DNA of 29,610 nucleotides from a virus (Duplodnaviria; Heunggongvirae; Uroviricota; Caudoviricetes): IMG/VR virus record IMGVR_UViG_2541047745_000005, positions 1 to 29,610 of that record; one strand, 5' to 3'. Shown piece by piece: positions 26,502 to 29,610 of this stretch (position 1 is its first letter; each line of letters starts with the position of its first letter). The notes under the pieces were generated by a model. It saw only the letters and a program-made list of their open reading frames with translations, ran no database searches and was not told where the DNA came from. The position numbers and the translations under genes were made by a program.

Positions 26502-27248
26502 ATGCATCGTATAGACACGAAAACCGCGCAGAAGGATAAGTTCGGCGCGGGTAAGAACGGTTTTACCCGTGGTAACCCCCAGACCGGCACACCTGCCACC
26601 GATCTGGATGATGACTACTTTGACATGTTGCAGGAAGAACTTTGTAGCGTGGTGGAGGCCTCCGGTGCCAGCCTGGAGAAGGCGCGGCACGACCAGTTGC
26701 TTACCGCGCTTCGTGCGCTGCTGTTAAGCCGCAAGAATCCGTTTGGCGATATCAAATCGGATGGCACGGTGGAAACGGCTCTCGAAAACCTTGGTTTGGG
26801 AGAAGGTGCTCCAGCTATTGGCGTTCCGTTCTTCTGGCCGTCCGCTGCAATGCCAAATACTGTAATCGACAGCTGGTCCAGTATGGTGTTTTTGAAGTTC
26901 AACGGCGCGAAATTCTCTGCCACTGATTATCCTGTGCTGGCGAAAGTGTTTCCTTCGCTGGTATTACCTGAAGCCCGCGGTGATTTCATTCGTATCTGGG
27001 ATGACGGGCGAGGTGCAGACGGTGGTCGCGAATTATTAAGCTGGCAGGAAGCTACAAACTTTTCTCAGTTTGCCGGGAATATAGGCGGAGGTGCGGGACA
27101 CGCAATTAACTCTCATGATGGCATCGCCGGAAAACAGCCAGGATTTTCACGATTTAATTTCACCAGTAACTCTGTGGGTGATGGTGTGAATTTTGTTGCT
27201 GTCAGACCGCGAAATATTGCATTTAACTTTCTGGTGAGGGCTAAATAA
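26502..27248 (+). CDS. tail fibre protein: constant N-terminal part (to about codon 100) fused to variable C-terminal part Sv in the present orientation
   Basis: N-terminus [47 protein letters not shown] is the conserved opening of Mu S / P2 H-type fibres; the crossover site lies in-frame at the LGLGE codons (26790-26804). Confidence 0.8.
   Translation: MHRIDTKTAQKDKFGAGKNGFTRGNPQTGTPATDLDDDYFDMLQEELCSVVEASGASLEKARHDQLLTALRALLLSRKNPFGDIKSDGTVETALENLGLGEGAPAIGVPFFWPSAAMPNTVIDSWSSMVFLKFNGAKFSATDYPVLAKVFPSLVLPEARGDFIRIWDDGRGADGGRELLSWQEATNFSQFAGNIGGGAGHAINSHDGIAGKQPGFSRFNFTSNSVGDGVNFVAVRPRNIAFNFLVRAK
26784..26809. repeat. left recombination site for the serine invertase (Hin/Gin/Pin-type)
   Basis: GAAAACC-TT-GGTTTGGGAGAAG: imperfect palindromic half-sites around a central TT. 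The 15-bp core TTGGTTTGGGAGAAG (26791-26805) is exactly inverted at 28576-28590. Confidence 0.6.
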
Positions 27249-27841
27249 TGAAACCTGTTTTTGATGAAAATGGGCTGGCTACAGTGCCGGGCGATATGCG
27301 TTGTTTTTATTATGATGCTGAAACATCTGAGTATACGGGCTGGTCTGATGAATATATTAATACTGGCGTAAGTATACCCGCCTGTTCCACTGGTATTGAC
27401 CCGGGCGAAAACATTCCGGGAAAAGTGGCAGTATTTACGGGTAAGGGATGGAGCCATGAAGAAGACCATCGCAATGAGACCGTTTACTCAACTGAAAATG
27501 GCGCAGCTGTTACAGTGGATTATATCGGTGCCATCAAAGACGGTTATGTCACGCTTTCACCGTTAACGCCATACGATAAATGGGATGGTGAGAAATGGGT
27601 GACGGATACCGAGGCACAGCATAGCGCCGCAGTAGAAGCGGCAGAAGCACAGCGCCAGTCGCTGATTGATGCTGCAATGGCTTCCATCAGTCTGATTCAA
27701 CTGAAATTACAGGCTGGGCGGAAGCTGACGCAGCCAGAAAACACCCGACTTAACGCTGTGCTGGATTACATTGACGCGGTGACGGCAACAGAAACCAGCA
27801 CAGCGCCGGACGTCATCTGGCCTGAACTGCCGGAGGCGTAG
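27248..27841 (+). CDS. tail fibre assembly protein (Tfa, orientation A)
   Basis: 197 aa; TAATG overlap with the fibre gene; conserved Tfa-like C-terminal end ([12 protein letters not shown]). Confidence 0.7.
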   Translation: MKPVFDENGLATVPGDMRCFYYDAETSEYTGWSDEYINTGVSIPACSTGIDPGENIPGKVAVFTGKGWSHEEDHRNETVYSTENGAAVTVDYIGAIKDGYVTLSPLTPYDKWDGEKWVTDTEAQHSAAVEAAEAQRQSLIDAAMASISLIQLKLQAGRKLTQPENTRLNAVLDYIDAVTATETSTAPDVIWPELPEA

Positions 27842-28262
27842 GCCATTCAATATCTGGCGCACCGGAAGTATCGACCAGTTCCAGTGCGTCCAGATAATCC
27901 AGCCACAAATTATATTGCGCCAGTTCCTCACCTTTCAGACGACCAATTGATGCTTTACCTGGCCATTGTTTACTGTTGATGTATTCGTTGGCCTGGTTAA
28001 TCAATTGCTGCTTTTTAGTTTCGGCTGATGCAATTTGTTCTTCACGTGTTGGTGGAGGAATATCTGCCCATGCAGGCAGTCCATCCTCTCCGACACATCT
28101 GTATTTTCCTTCTGGTGGTGTATCATAGAAATATTCCCTGAAAATTACTTCGTCTATATCAACACCTTTTTCTTCAGGCCATTCACCTTTTTCAACATAA
28201 AGAGACTGAAGTTCGTAAGGATATGCCAGGTTGTTTACGTATAGATATTTCATCATTACCAA
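27813..28262 (-). CDS. tail fibre assembly protein (Tfa', alternative orientation)
   Basis: 149 aa on the minus strand; C-terminus ([11 protein letters not shown]) parallels that of the + strand Tfa; its 3' end overlaps the + strand tfa 3' end by 29 bp. Confidence 0.7.
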   Translation of the reverse strand: MVMMKYLYVNNLAYPYELQSLYVEKGEWPEEKGVDIDEVIFREYFYDTPPEGKYRCVGEDGLPAWADIPPPTREEQIASAETKKQQLINQANEYINSKQWPGKASIGRLKGEELAQYNLWLDYLDALELVDTSGAPDIEWPTPPAVQAR

Positions 28263-28585
28263 CCCTTAGCGAAAAACGCACCACCTTCAAGACCATAATT
28301 GCAGTGAGCTATGAAGCCGGTAGTGCTCCAGTTGGTTGCCCCCCACATATTCCCGCCCCCGAAACCACCATCGCACACAATTACAATGCCCGGTGTCTGT
28401 GTAAATGGAATCGGGAATGAAACATTGGCGGATACAGGCCCGTGTTCACCAGGAAAACTAATTCGTCCCCACTGTTCAATTGAACCATCTGGCATTTTTC
28501 GCCAGCCTGAACCTGATGCATATGATGACATATCAGGTATCTGATTTTCCCCTGTTCCCACATTTCGTTTTGCCGCTTCTCCCAA
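28256..28585 (-). CDS. alternative tail-fibre C-terminal segment (Sv'), silent in the present orientation
   Basis: Minus-strand frame is open right up to the crossover site and starts with the shared LGE codons (TTG GGA GAA), so inversion would fuse it in-frame to the constant fibre N-terminus. Gly-rich distal domain. Confidence 0.65.
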   Translation of the reverse strand: MGEAAKRNVGTGENQIPDMSSYASGSGWRKMPDGSIEQWGRISFPGEHGPVSANVSFPIPFTQTPGIVIVCDGGFGGGNMWGATNWSTTGFIAHCNYGLEGGAFFAKGW

Positions 28586-28601
28586 ACCAACCTTTCAAAT
28601 A
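28576..28601. repeat. right recombination site for the serine invertase
   Basis: CTTCTCCCAAACC-AA-CCTTTCAAAT; the core is the exact reverse complement of 26791-26805 and the central dinucleotide AA complements the left-site TT. Confidence 0.6.
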
Positions 28602-28661
28602 TTTTTCTGAATCAGGTGATATTTCGCCTCTTCTCCTGTTTTTACAACAGGAGAAGCACTC

Positions 28662-29225
28662 ATGATTTACGGGTATGTTCGTGTATCAACAAATCATCAG
28701 GATACAGAGTTGCAACGTCTTGCACTTGAGTCAGCTGGCTGTGAGCGAATTTATGAAGAATATGCCAGTGGCAGAACAGCTAATCGCCCTGTGTTAAAGG
28801 AATTAATTACGGTGATGAAAAGTGGAGATGAGTTGATTGTCTGGAAGTTAGATCGGATAGGGAGAAATGTGCTGCATGCGCTATTGATGTTTCAAAATCT
28901 GCACGAAAAAGGTGTTAATTTTCGGAGTATTACAGATGGCGTAGACCTGAAAACAGCAAGTGGTCGCTATAATTTCCGTAATATTCTTTCTGCTGCGCAG
29001 TATGAATCTGATTTGAATAGCGAGCGAACTTTAGCTGGTTTGGCTATTGCCAGATCCAAAGGCCGGATTGGTGGGCGTAGACCGAAGTTTAGCGACGAGC
29101 AGTGGAAACAGATGGGAGCGCTCATAGCGGCAGGGAAATCACGGCGTTATGTTGCACGTATCTATAACGTTGGGCTATCAACCCTATATAAACGATTTCC
29201 TGTTACTGGCATTCAAACGAAATAA
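28662..29225 (+). CDS. serine recombinase, DNA invertase (Hin/Gin/Pin/Cin family)
   Basis: N-terminal GYVRVSTNHQ with catalytic Ser in the conserved position, resolvase-type catalytic domain, C-terminal HTH (RRYVARIYNVGLSTLYKRF); 187 aa; adjacent to the invertible segment. Confidence 0.9.
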   Translation: MIYGYVRVSTNHQDTELQRLALESAGCERIYEEYASGRTANRPVLKELITVMKSGDELIVWKLDRIGRNVLHALLMFQNLHEKGVNFRSITDGVDLKTASGRYNFRNILSAAQYESDLNSERTLAGLAIARSKGRIGGRRPKFSDEQWKQMGALIAAGKSRRYVARIYNVGLSTLYKRFPVTGIQTK

Positions 29226-29257
29226 TTTATTTAAAGAGTTATTTGTCTAATGTTGGA

Positions 29258-29296
29258 AGCCGCAGCCACGTCGTATGCAAGAACGTGCTGCGGCTG
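29258..29296. terminator. hairpin between convergent invertase and DinI-like genes (possible bidirectional terminator)
   Basis: AGCCGCAGCCACG ... CGTGCTGCGGCT imperfect 12-bp stem with a 13-nt loop; no strong U-tract on either strand. Confidence 0.3.
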
Positions 29297-29361
29297 GCTG
29301 GAGAACTTTCGATAGTGCGAGTATTGAATGATTTCCAGCCGTTACCGATTTTACGTGTTAA

Positions 29362-29610
29362 TTAGTGAACAAACCACTCGTCAGCAGATTCCCAGGTATC
29401 TTTCAGAGTCTCCTGAACAAAAGTTTTTGCAGAATCCTTATCTGCGGTGCGTGTAACAGAAAGGCCATCGTTGCTGGTGGCTTTTACGATCACCTCTACA
29501 TCGTCATAACGTTTACTGATGCGTCGGGTTAATTCTTCCTTTAACGCATCCACAGCACCGGTTGGCATTTTAGTCATTTTTTCTTTGGCTATGCAGATTT
29601 CAATACGCAT
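29362..29610 (-). CDS. DinI-family protein (SOS/RecA modulator)
   Basis: 82 aa; MRIEI.IAK...GA.DAL..EL.RRI......V.V...S.N.LSV......D......ETW.SADEWFV matches my recollection of E. coli DinI (C-terminal ETWESAD.WFV). Start codon lies exactly at the window edge, so the promoter is outside the window. Confidence 0.75.
   Translation of the reverse strand: MRIEICIAKEKMTKMPTGAVDALKEELTRRISKRYDDVEVIVKATSNDGLSVTRTADKDSAKTFVQETLKDTWESADEWFVH

Larger units (their letters stand above)
26791..28590. mobile_element. invertible tail-fibre segment (about 1.8 kb) carrying two alternative fibre C-termini and two tail-fibre assembly genes
   Basis: Bounded by 15-bp perfect inverted repeats; contains convergent gene pairs (Sv + tfa on +; Sv' + tfa' on -); adjacent serine invertase gene. 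Confidence 0.65.

Noticed and set aside
1-29610. Integrase, excisionase or attachment sites
   Set aside because: No tyrosine or serine integrase other than the small invertase is present and both window ends are inside phage genes, so prophage boundaries cannot be called from this window.

Overview
The whole window is interior to a mosaic temperate prophage of enterobacterial type; no integrase or att site is visible, so the prophage ends lie outside it. Almost all genes are on the + strand, in phage late-operon order: (1) a lambdoid replication/nin-like region (HTH replication initiator with internal iterons, Dam-type N6-adenine methyltransferase, LexA-N-terminal-like DNA-binding protein, RusA resolvase, KilA-N protein, DUF968 protein, Q-type antiterminator); (2) a lambda-type lysis cassette (S holin with dual start, R endolysin, Rz with embedded Rz1) followed by a Rha-like gene; (3) an HK97-type packaging and head module (HNH endonuclease, small and large terminase, portal, prohead protease, major capsid protein, connector and head-closure proteins); (4) a Mu-like contractile-tail and baseplate module (sheath, tube, chaperone with a -1 frameshift site, tape measure, DNA-circularization-like protein, baseplate hub/spike/gp46/gp47/gp48-like proteins); (5) a tail-fibre region carrying a Hin/Gin/Pin-type invertible segment with its serine invertase, then a convergent DinI-like gene. 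Two AT-rich cargo insertions interrupt this backbone and are the best candidates for something undescribed: a Cys-rich zinc-ribbon-like 80-aa gene between Q and the holin, and a promoter-to-terminator cassette encoding a signal-peptide protein between the tape measure and baseplate genes. All functional calls rest on reading the translated ORFs and on recalled family features; no database search was run.
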